The notes under the pieces were generated by a model. That model saw only the letters and a program-made list of their open reading frames with translations. It did no database searches and was not told the DNA's origin. From contig JAVVWP010000004.1 of assembly GCA_036652055.1 (NCBI GenBank), positions 14,100 through 78,099 on the forward strand: a DNA stretch of 64,000 nucleotides, read 5' to 3'. The DNA comes from Oscillospiraceae bacterium (GTDB taxonomy: Bacteria > Bacillota > Clostridia > Oscillospirales > Acutalibacteraceae). Position 1 is the first letter of the stretch. Every line of letters starts with the position of its first letter. Below are positions 52,063 to 60,081 of this stretch, piece after piece. A program made the translations under genes and the position numbers.

Positions 52063-53529
52063 TTATTTTTCCACACGCTCTTTTACAGTTTCATTCATTG
52101 CTCTATGAAGTGAAAGCTCTTTATATGCAGGTAAATCTGATTCCATATGCCACGTCATAACTCCGCCAAGTGACATTGAAATAGCATAAGCTGTTTTATC
52201 TGCAATCATTGCATAACCGTTGAAATAATATAATGGTGACTTGACTCCGTTAGCGTCGGTTTTATATTGAACATTTTCCCATTTTGTTTCAAACCCACAA
52301 CCTCTATATGAAGGCCATGTAGCTTCGCAACCAGGATTATATTTTGGCACTTCACGACCATAGAATGGGAAGCCTAAACATATTTTATCTCTGGTGTAGC
52401 CTTTTTTAATCATTGTTTCAATTGCACCTGTTGTTGATCTAAAGCTTGAATGATATGAATCAAAATCATCACCTGACAGGTCATAAAGCATAACATTATA
52501 GTAGTCAACCGCTTCCATAGCTGCTTTACTGAAATTGACATTCCAAACCGCCACTGCTAAAGAAAGCTTTTTGCCAACGGTATCAAACTCTTTACGAATG
52601 TCTAATACTAATTGATTGTAAGCAACCCAATCCTCTTTTGCCTCTGGGTATTCCCAATCAATATCAGCACCTTGAAGGTCATATTTAACTAAAAATGCTG
52701 AAATATTTTTTGCTATTGTTGAAGTTTTATCTTGGAAAAAGCTCGCAGGTTCATCACTTGAAAAAACATTACAGTATATTTTTGTATCTTGACCTGAAAG
52801 CTTAATTGCTGTTTTTATTTGTTTTAACTGCTTTGCAAACGCTTCTTCGCCATCTCTAAATTGAATTGTACTATCTTTACCAACATAGGCGCCTGCAAAA
52901 AGCGTAATATCAGTTACTGTTTTTAAATAGCCGATAAATTCAGGATCAAGTGAATAATTCTTGTCTTTATTTGCTACAAAATAATCGTTTACACGGAAGT
53001 TTGTTTTTGTTTTTCCAACTTGATATATGCTAATTTCTTTGACCGTTGCATTGTCACGACAATCATCAAATACGATTTTAATTGATTTTGTTGTAACGGT
53101 ATCAAAAGTGCATAGACGATACTCATCTATTTTATCGTTTTGATAAATTAGCTCATATTGACCATTCTTTTGTGCATAAATAGAAAACTGTTTCGTTCCG
53201 CCTTCAAATTTAGTTGCACTTGGCCCTTTTTTGTCAGATAATTCCTCAATAACAATAGTATTAAAAGTAACATCATTTGTAAAATTCATAAAAATACTAT
53301 CGCCTTTTTGCAATTTCAACATTGTAAGCCCATTATTATCAGATAATGATGTAACAGCTTCAGTTGAACTGTTATGCAGCACCTGTGACTGCGCAGCGAT
53401 ATTTGGAAGGTCTTTTAAATTAGATAGGTCAACGCTCTTTGCTCTGCCCAATGTTGTAGCAGGATTTACCCCGAAGGCAGTCATAATTGTCATTACTATT
53501 GCCATTATAGCTGAAAAAAGTTTTCCCAT
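52063..53529 (-). CDS. secreted GH18 glycosidase (chitinase/endo-beta-N-acetylglucosaminidase family) with N-terminal discoidin/CBM32-like domain
   Basis: Signal peptide MGKLFSAIMAIVMTIMTAFG and GH18 catalytic motif GADIDWEYPE. An F5/8-type-C-like segment precedes the barrel. The stop abuts the BNR start with 0 nt between. Confidence 0.8.
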   Translation of the reverse strand: MGKLFSAIMAIVMTIMTAFGVNPATTLGRAKSVDLSNLKDLPNIAAQSQVLHNSSTEAVTSLSDNNGLTMLKLQKGDSIFMNFTNDVTFNTIVIEELSDKKGPSATKFEGGTKQFSIYAQKNGQYELIYQNDKIDEYRLCTFDTVTTKSIKIVFDDCRDNATVKEISIYQVGKTKTNFRVNDYFVANKDKNYSLDPEFIGYLKTVTDITLFAGAYVGKDSTIQFRDGEEAFAKQLKQIKTAIKLSGQDTKIYCNVFSSDEPASFFQDKTSTIAKNISAFLVKYDLQGADIDWEYPEAKEDWVAYNQLVLDIRKEFDTVGKKLSLAVAVWNVNFSKAAMEAVDYYNVMLYDLSGDDFDSYHSSFRSTTGAIETMIKKGYTRDKICLGFPFYGREVPKYNPGCEATWPSYRGCGFETKWENVQYKTDANGVKSPLYYFNGYAMIADKTAYAISMSLGGVMTWHMESDLPAYKELSLHRAMNETVKERVEK

Positions 53530-53559
53530 TTTTAATTCCCCCTAAAATTATTATGGTTA

Positions 53560-53588
53560 ATAATACCATAAAAATAAAAAACAATCAA
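53560..53588 (-). promoter_or_regulatory. candidate sigma-A promoter of the GH18-BNR operon
   Basis: The minus strand reads TTGATT (53588-53583), 17-nt spacer, TATTAT (53565-53560). Confidence 0.45.
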
Positions 53589-53624
53589 GATATTTAGGTA
53601 AATCTTTCACTAAATTTATTTTTA

Positions 53625-53653
53625 TTCACATAAAATTTTTGCGTGTATATAAT
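53625..53653 (+). promoter_or_regulatory. candidate sigma-A promoter of the two-gene DUF11 module
   Basis: TTCACA (53625-30), 17-nt spacer, TATAAT (53648-53). This would leave a ~100-nt leader. Confidence 0.4.
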
Positions 53654-53763
53654 GGGATAAGCCTATAAGGTCAAAATATAGCGAATAATAAAGTATTTTG
53701 CGCCTAAAGACTTCCACACAATTTAATTAAAATAATACAAAACCAGATTTGGAGGAATATTTT

Positions 53764-54036
53764 ATGGGAATGCCTATTATTAAACCCGGCACTATAACTC
53801 GCCCTGAAGCTGTTGGCAATATTATCGAATCAGTAGCCACAGAAGAAGCGGCTTTTGCTCATATTTTGAATGCAGAAAGTGAAAAAATAATGGCTGTTGT
53901 TAATAACGCCAGTGCAACTGCCGAAGACCTTTTGGCAATAAACGCATCTGTTAAAAGTGCGATTTCTGCTATTTCTCGCCTTGAAATGCAACTGCAAGCT
54001 AAATTAGAATTGTTTCAAAAAACAGTTTGTGAATAG
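53764..54036 (+). CDS. small two-helix protein (90 aa), paralog of the C-terminal module of the next gene
   Basis: GGAGG lies 8 nt upstream of the ATG at 53764 (track start 53749 is a TTG). The sequence NIIESVATEEAAFAHILNAESEKI..LLAINASVKSAISAISRLE..KTVCE aligns with residues ~720-795 of the 795-aa protein. Confidence 0.6.
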   Translation: MGMPIIKPGTITRPEAVGNIIESVATEEAAFAHILNAESEKIMAVVNNASATAEDLLAINASVKSAISAISRLEMQLQAKLELFQKTVCE

Positions 54037-54082
54037 AAATTTAAAATGAAAATGAAAAACTAATTTAAAAGGAGAAATCTTT

Positions 54083-56470
54083 ATGTCATTTTCCTATGCT
54101 AACCCTGGTTCTGGCCCTTCTGCTGGCGGTATCGGTTGGTTTAACTTTGGCAATTTAACACTTAATCCAGGTCAAATTGTGCCAAACCTATCTGGCACAT
54201 TAAACGATGGTAGCACCGTTACCTTTGATATGAAATCAGTTCCCACATCTTTTGTACCATTCACCGCTGTTCCAACTCCTGTACAATACTCTTATTTTGG
54301 CTCTGCAGGCTATACAGGAATTCTTGGAAATACAGCACTAAAAACACCTCTGCTTTCAGCTTATAACACAGCAAGTACAGTTGAAATTAGCAACATCGTT
54401 GTAAAAGACCCTGATGGAAATCCTATTACTAATTATACAGCGGTATTGGCAGATGCAGAAAGCACTAATAAATTCCCACAATACACTGAATATTTAAAGT
54501 TTACCACAGTTGGCGGTGGACCATTAAATCTATTTGACACCTTAGGTGCTAACCCTCCTACTCTCGCAGGGAACGGAACAAATGTTGTAACGATAACTGG
54601 CACTAACCAATCAGCAAGTCAAGCTGCTTATGTTTTTACAACTCAATCTCCAACAGCATTTTCACTTGAAACCTACGGGCGTGAAGCAGTTGCATTCGGT
54701 TTTGCTGTCACAAAAGTACAGGTTTGTAAAAACATTGGCGATCGCATTAATTCTGCCGACCAATTCGTTCTTGATATAGCGGGAACTCCAAGTGACCTAA
54801 TAACTACAACAGGTTCTGCCGACGGTATGCAATCACCCTGTGCAGTAGTTTATGGCTTGCCAGGTAACACCTATACTATCAACGAACAAATGGCTCCTGG
54901 CAGTGTTACTCCGCTTTCGGGATACAAACAAACCATTTCTGCTGTCAATCTTTCTCCGGGTGGAAGCATTCCTCCTACTGGCAGTTTGCCAATTAACTTT
55001 ACACCAGCTCTTGGCGATATTGTGCAGTATACTATTCTCAACTCTGCACCGCAAATTTTCAAAAAGACTGTTGATAAAACTTTTGCAAAACCAGGCGATA
55101 TTCTCACCTATACGGTAACAGGCATAAATCCTAATAATTACCCACTCCCTGGCGTTGTATTTACTGATCCTACTCCTGCTGGCACAACCTATATCGGAAA
55201 TCTTGCTGTGAGCGTTCCTTATACTGGAACCAATCCTGCAACTGGACTAACTCTTACAATGCCTGCAAACGGTACAGTTACAGCCTCTTATCAAGTTCAA
55301 GTTTCACCTAATGCACCTGTGAACAATCCGATTGTTAATATCGCTTCTGCAAATGTTCCTGGTGGAACTTCTGGAAGTACAAATCCTGTTTCAACTCAAA
55401 TTAACTATGCGGATTTAACAACCACAGGCAATATAATAAAATCTGTAACTCCTCTCTTTGCACAATTCGGAGATATTTTGACCTACACCGTTACACTCCA
55501 CAACACGGGAAATGTTCCTGCTAACAATGTAGTTGTAACAGATGTTATTCCAGCTGGAACAACCTATGTTGCAGGCTCTACTACCGCAAGCGTTCCTTTC
55601 ACAGGCGACCCAACATCAGCGATTACCCTAACTTCACCAATTCCTGCGAACGGCACAGTAACCATCACATTTAAAGTAAAGCTTGGAAACACTGCACCTC
55701 CTGTTAACCCTGTTCCAAACACTGCAAGTGCAGCTTATGCCTATACTGTTGACCCTTCAAATCCAAACGGTGTAACTGCAAATGGTATCAGCAATACTGT
55801 AACTACTTTGGTTTCAAAGGCAAACCTTTTAATTACAAAATCAGCAAGTGAGAGCATTGGATATATCGACGATGTTATCACTTACAACCTTGTTGTTAAA
55901 AATAGCGGAAATACACCTGCTAACAATGTAGTCATAACTGATCCTGTTCCAAACGGAACGGTTTTAGTTCCAGGCTCACTTTCGGTAAGCGTGCCTTATA
56001 CTGGTGACCCTAACACAGCGATTACGCTAACAGGCAGTATCCCAGCAGGTGGCACAGTAACCATCACATTTAAAGTAAAAGTAACCGCAATTCCAAACCC
56101 TAACCCAATTGTAAATGTTGCAAATGCTGCTTATACTTTTACGGTTAACCCAAACAATCCTAACTCGGTCACAGGTAGCAGTGTAAGCAATAGTGCAAGC
56201 ACGATTATTTTTGCGAACAACTATCGTCAGCAAATAAGTGACCTTATCAATTCTATTGCCTTAGAGGAAACTGCTCTTGGTGCTATTGCTAATGCTGAGG
56301 GTGCGAAAATTCAAAAGTTTGTATCAATGCCAAATGTAACACCAAATCAGCTTCTTTGCCTTAACAAGAGCGTTACGGATATGACAAATGCTATGTCTTT
56401 GCTCGAGTCTATTCTTATGATGAAGCTGAGCACAGTAGATTGCCAAATTGACGGAAATGCTAAATGCTAA
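54083..56470 (+). CDS. 795-aa adhesin/pilin-like protein: N-terminal domain + prealbumin/CnaB-like segment + 3 DUF11-type repeats + C-terminal two-helix Cys-terminated module; no export or anchoring signal
   Basis: AAGGAGA SD. An in-frame TGA at 54053-55 excludes an upstream extension. The repeats carry GDILTYTVT.HNTGN.PANNVVVTD.IPAGTTYV.GS-type cores (aa ~323-445, 446-581, 582-712). YTINEQMAPGS..GYK resembles SpaA/CnaB-type domains. Confidence 0.8.
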   Translation: MSFSYANPGSGPSAGGIGWFNFGNLTLNPGQIVPNLSGTLNDGSTVTFDMKSVPTSFVPFTAVPTPVQYSYFGSAGYTGILGNTALKTPLLSAYNTASTVEISNIVVKDPDGNPITNYTAVLADAESTNKFPQYTEYLKFTTVGGGPLNLFDTLGANPPTLAGNGTNVVTITGTNQSASQAAYVFTTQSPTAFSLETYGREAVAFGFAVTKVQVCKNIGDRINSADQFVLDIAGTPSDLITTTGSADGMQSPCAVVYGLPGNTYTINEQMAPGSVTPLSGYKQTISAVNLSPGGSIPPTGSLPINFTPALGDIVQYTILNSAPQIFKKTVDKTFAKPGDILTYTVTGINPNNYPLPGVVFTDPTPAGTTYIGNLAVSVPYTGTNPATGLTLTMPANGTVTASYQVQVSPNAPVNNPIVNIASANVPGGTSGSTNPVSTQINYADLTTTGNIIKSVTPLFAQFGDILTYTVTLHNTGNVPANNVVVTDVIPAGTTYVAGSTTASVPFTGDPTSAITLTSPIPANGTVTITFKVKLGNTAPPVNPVPNTASAAYAYTVDPSNPNGVTANGISNTVTTLVSKANLLITKSASESIGYIDDVITYNLVVKNSGNTPANNVVITDPVPNGTVLVPGSLSVSVPYTGDPNTAITLTGSIPAGGTVTITFKVKVTAIPNPNPIVNVANAAYTFTVNPNNPNSVTGSSVSNSASTIIFANNYRQQISDLINSIALEETALGAIANAEGAKIQKFVSMPNVTPNQLLCLNKSVTDMTNAMSLLESILMMKLSTVDCQIDGNAKC

Positions 56471-56491
56471 TCGTTAGCAATTAATAAAAAA

Positions 56492-56524
56492 CTGCCACAT
56501 AAGCTTTTTAAACTTGTGTGGCAG
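56492..56524. terminator. shared terminator between the DUF11 gene and der
   Basis: CTGCCACA-N17-TGTGGCAG. There is a strong T-run on the minus-strand side (der) and a weaker one on the plus side. Confidence 0.7.
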
Positions 56525-56536
56525 TCATTATTTTAA

Positions 56537-57877
56537 CTATCTATCTTTGCTTTGATTTTTTTGTTCTCTTTCACGAATTACAAATCTTGTCGGTGTTCCC
56601 TCTAATCCAAACACTTCTCGAATTTGATTATCAATATAACGCTGATAGCTATAATGAAAAAGTTCTTTACTGTTTACAAAGCATACAAATGTCGGAGGAC
56701 GAGTTGATGCCTGTGTCATATAATAAATTCTAAGACGCTTGCCCTTATCTGTTGGCGGCTGAACTCGTGCTGTTGCCGATGCCAAAACATCATTGAGCTT
56801 TCCTGTTGAAATTCTCATTGAATTTTGGTCGTTTACGAATTTTATTAATTCATAAAGTCTTTCAAGGCGTTGCCCTGTTTTTGCTGAAATGAAAATAATC
56901 GGAGCATAACTCATAAATGAAAAATCATTCATCAGCTTTTTACGCTCTTTATCCATTGTTTTTCCGTCTTTTTCAACTGCGTCCCACTTATTAACTGCAA
57001 TAATACAAGCTTTTCCAAGGTCATGAGCAATGCCTGCTACTTTTGAATCCTGATCTGTAAATCCTTCTGTTGCATCAATCATAATAACGCATACATCGGC
57101 TCTTTCGACTGCCATTCTTGCCCTTATTACAGAATATTTTTCGATATCATCATCAACCTTGCTTTTACGACGAAGCCCTGCGGTATCTATAAACACAAAA
57201 TGCCCATATTTATTTTCGACTATTGTATCAGTCGCATCTCTCGTTGTGCCTGCAATCGTAGAAACTATTGCTCTGTCCTCGCCTGAAATAGCATTGACAA
57301 GTGATGATTTGCCTACATTTGGCTTTCCAATTATTGCAACTTTAATCGTTTCACCATCAAAAGCATCTTCTTCATCTTCTGGTAAATCTTTTAATATCTC
57401 GTCAAGCAAATCGCCTGTTCCGTGACCGTGAACCGAAGAAACTGCAATCGGATCACCAATTCCAAGATTATAAAATTCATAAAACTCAGGTGGCGTTTCG
57501 CCGATTGTATCAACTTTATTGACACAAAGGACAATAGGTTTTCCGCTTTTTTGAAGCATTGTTGCAACCTCTAAATCAGTTGCCACAACACCCGAACGAA
57601 TATCAGTAACAAAAACGATAACATCTGCACTGTCAATTGCAAGCTGTGCCTGCCTTTTCATTTGGAGCAATATTATATCGTCTGAATATGGCTCAATTCC
57701 GCCTGTATCAACAAGCAACATATTATGCCCGAGCCACTCGCAATCACCATAAATTCTGTCACGAGTTACACCAGGTGTATCATCAACTATTGAAAGCCTT
57801 TTTCCGATAAGCTTATTGAAAAGTGTGCTTTTGCCTACATTTGGTCGCCCAACTATTGCTACTATTGGTTTTGACAT
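56537..57877 (-). CDS. der: ribosome biogenesis GTPase Der (EngA)
   Basis: Two G domains (GRPNVGKST, GKPNVGKSS; DTGG/DTAG; NKVD/NKWD) plus a KH-like C-terminus. Confidence 0.95.
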   Translation of the reverse strand: MSKPIVAIVGRPNVGKSTLFNKLIGKRLSIVDDTPGVTRDRIYGDCEWLGHNMLLVDTGGIEPYSDDIILLQMKRQAQLAIDSADVIVFVTDIRSGVVATDLEVATMLQKSGKPIVLCVNKVDTIGETPPEFYEFYNLGIGDPIAVSSVHGHGTGDLLDEILKDLPEDEEDAFDGETIKVAIIGKPNVGKSSLVNAISGEDRAIVSTIAGTTRDATDTIVENKYGHFVFIDTAGLRRKSKVDDDIEKYSVIRARMAVERADVCVIMIDATEGFTDQDSKVAGIAHDLGKACIIAVNKWDAVEKDGKTMDKERKKLMNDFSFMSYAPIIFISAKTGQRLERLYELIKFVNDQNSMRISTGKLNDVLASATARVQPPTDKGKRLRIYYMTQASTRPPTFVCFVNSKELFHYSYQRYIDNQIREVFGLEGTPTRFVIREREQKNQSKDR

Positions 57878-59190
57878 TATTCCACCCCCAGAATGGTATT
57901 AAGTAATTTTTGCCCATCATTGGCTGTTGGCACTATTTTGATTTTTAGTGCTTTTTCAGCCTCTGCAAGCGTTATATCATCTAAAAATTTGTTGTTTTCT
58001 GTGCTTCTTGAGGTATAGTCGATTGTCATTACAAGTGGCACTAAAAGCACCTCGCCTAAGTCCTCATTTTTTAGCTGTTCTATTAAATCGGTGCCTGTCA
58101 AAAGACCTGCTACCGTAATATTCTCACCGAAAAAGTTGTTTATAATCTTTTTTGTGTTTATTTCTATATTATACTTCTCACTTGCAAAATCGCAAAGTTC
58201 TTTTAAAAGCGGATAAGCAGCTACCCCTGTTGCAAGTGTGATTTTTTTGTATTTTGGAACTGCATTTGTAGAATTTAACGCTTCTTTAAATTCATCTCTC
58301 AATGAAGTCCAAAGCCCTACGCCATTATCAATTTGAGGATAATCATCATAATATTCCTCATTTGGAAGTTCTCTTTCTGCCTTTATGAAAAATTCATCAG
58401 CAGGATAGCAAAGCCTAATGCCTTTTTCCCTCTTAAACTTGTTTGAAAAGCTTTCGATTATATCGATTGTTTCCCCTGCTCGCTCTTTGGTATATGGTTT
58501 TAGCGGATATAATCCATCTCTGAATTTTGTAAGCCCTACGGGGACTGCCGCTATGCTTTGAACCGACGGATAAAGCTTTGAAAGCTCGTTAATACTGTAT
58601 TTTAATTCTTCGCCATCATTTATTTCAGGACAAAGAACTAACTGCGTGTTGATTTTTATTTCTGCATCTGCGAACCTTTTAATTATTGAAAGTGCTGTTC
58701 CTGCATTTTTATTATTCATCATTTTTGCTCTAAGAACAGGGTTCATTGTATGAACAGAAATATTAACTGGGCTGATGTGCATAGAAATTATACGCTCAAT
58801 TTCGTGTTCTGTAATATTTGTAAGCGTTATATAATTTCCAAAAAGAAAGGAAAGTCGGCTGTCATCATCTTTAAAGTACAGGCTTTTTCTCATTCCTTTT
58901 GGCATTTGGTCGATAAAACAAAAAACGCACTTGTTTTTGCAGGAATGTTGATTATCCATTAAAAATGTGTCAAAAGAAAGACCTGTATCTTCATTATTAA
59001 TTTTAATTGACATTTGCTTGCCACTTTTTGTTTTGAATTTCATTGTTACTGGTGCAAAGCTTAAATAGAAGTCATAATCAAGCACATCTACAATTTCTTT
59101 ATCATCAATTGACAAAAGCAAATCACCACTTCTTATGCCATATAAAAAGCATTTTGAAAATGGTTTGACTGCACTTATTTTAACTGCCAT
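57877..59190 (-). CDS. PDZ + [14 protein letters not shown] + DUF512 protein
   Basis: N-terminal PDZ-like segment (GIRSGDLLLSIDDKEI), CKNKCVFC cluster motif, 437 aa. There is a 1-nt overlap with der. The der-upstream position is typical in Clostridia as far as I recall. Confidence 0.72.
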   Translation of the reverse strand: MAVKISAVKPFSKCFLYGIRSGDLLLSIDDKEIVDVLDYDFYLSFAPVTMKFKTKSGKQMSIKINNEDTGLSFDTFLMDNQHSCKNKCVFCFIDQMPKGMRKSLYFKDDDSRLSFLFGNYITLTNITEHEIERIISMHISPVNISVHTMNPVLRAKMMNNKNAGTALSIIKRFADAEIKINTQLVLCPEINDGEELKYSINELSKLYPSVQSIAAVPVGLTKFRDGLYPLKPYTKERAGETIDIIESFSNKFKREKGIRLCYPADEFFIKAERELPNEEYYDDYPQIDNGVGLWTSLRDEFKEALNSTNAVPKYKKITLATGVAAYPLLKELCDFASEKYNIEINTKKIINNFFGENITVAGLLTGTDLIEQLKNEDLGEVLLVPLVMTIDYTSRSTENNKFLDDITLAEAEKALKIKIVPTANDGQKLLNTILGVE

Positions 59191-59242
59191 TTCTTTACAC
59201 CTCGCTGACTAAACTAAAAAGTTCGTTATCTAACGCCAAAAA

Positions 59243-59267
59243 GACGGGGAAGATAGCCTTCTCCGTC
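59243..59267 (-). terminator. rho-independent terminator of rpmF
   Basis: 10-bp stem GACGGAGAAG/CTTCCCCGTC (minus strand, one G-U pair), 5-nt loop, then TTTTTGG. Confidence 0.78.
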
Positions 59268-59293
59268 TTCGCTTAATTAGAAGAAAAAATTAA

Positions 59294-59479
59294 TTATGCT
59301 TCTGTTTTAGCGATAACTTGTCTGCCATTATAAACACCACAAGCTACACAAACTCTATGAGCTCTTTTAAACTCACCACAGTTTGGACACTTTTGAAGTT
59401 CTGGAGCATTCATCTTCCAAACACTTGAACGCCTTTTATCTCTTCTTGCTTTCGAAACTCTTCTCTTTGGTACTGCCAT
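59294..59479 (-). CDS. rpmF: 50S ribosomal protein L32
   Basis: [18 protein letters not shown].. and a [18 protein letters not shown] zinc ribbon. GGAGG lies 8 nt upstream of the ATG at 59479. Confidence 0.95.
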   Translation of the reverse strand: MAVPKRRVSKARRDKRRSSVWKMNAPELQKCPNCGEFKRAHRVCVACGVYNGRQVIAKTEA

Positions 59480-59516
59480 TTTCAGCACCTCCTTATATTA
59501 ATTAAAAATAAACAAA

Positions 59517-59993
59517 TTATTCGTCAAGTAACTGTTTTAACGCGGCAAGCCGAGGGTCAATCGGTTTTTCACAGTCACACTTTTTTTGATTTAGGTCAGT
59601 TCCACAATAAGGGCATAGCCCTTTACAATCTTCTCGACATAAAACTTTAGTTGGTAAAACTAAAAGTATATCTTCTCGCAGAAGGTCATCAAGTAAAAAG
59701 TGCATATCCTCAACAATGATAAAATCGTCATTATCCTCATCATTGAGAGTTAAAACAAGCGTGTGTTCTGATTTTACTTTGATTGGTAATGAAACATCTG
59801 TGGCACAGCGGTCACAAGTTGACTTCAAGACATAATCCAAATCAGCCGTAAGAGTTACAACTGAGTTTTTATTAGACACAACACCCTTGACTTTTGCAAT
59901 AGCATTCGCATCGCAGTCATCCAGCACTAAAGCAAGTTCAAACTGCTTTTCGGCACCCTCATTATTAAAAATTGGTTCCAGTTCAATAAACAT
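59517..59993 (-). CDS. yceD: YceD/DUF177 family protein (23S rRNA accumulation protein)
   Basis: 158 aa; C-terminal CREDCKGLCPYCGTDLNQKKCDC. Conserved pairing with rpmF. Confidence 0.82.
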   Translation of the reverse strand: MFIELEPIFNNEGAEKQFELALVLDDCDANAIAKVKGVVSNKNSVVTLTADLDYVLKSTCDRCATDVSLPIKVKSEHTLVLTLNDEDNDDFIIVEDMHFLLDDLLREDILLVLPTKVLCREDCKGLCPYCGTDLNQKKCDCEKPIDPRLAALKQLLDE

Positions 59994-60031
59994 AAAATAC
60001 CTCTTTGATGCGTAAGCCTAACGCAACAAAT

Positions 60032-60060
60032 ATTATATATGGAATAGCTTGTTTTGTCAA
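60032..60060 (-). promoter_or_regulatory. consensus sigma-A promoter of yceD-rpmF
   Basis: The minus strand reads TTGACA (60060-55), 17-nt spacer, TATAAT (60037-32). Confidence 0.65.
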
Positions 60061-60081
60061 CAAAAATTTTCTTTTTTTACA

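Noticed and set aside
54046-54063. Mini-ORF MKMKN between the two genes of the DUF11 module
   Set aside because: It has no SD, only five codons, and lies in an A-rich spacer. It is most likely fortuitous.
50608-56500. Both terminators flanking the 50.6-56.5 kb block begin with AAACTGCCAC (50608 and 56489)
   Set aside because: The identity is only 10 nt and the rest of the two hairpins differ. That is too short to argue for repeat boundaries of an inserted element.
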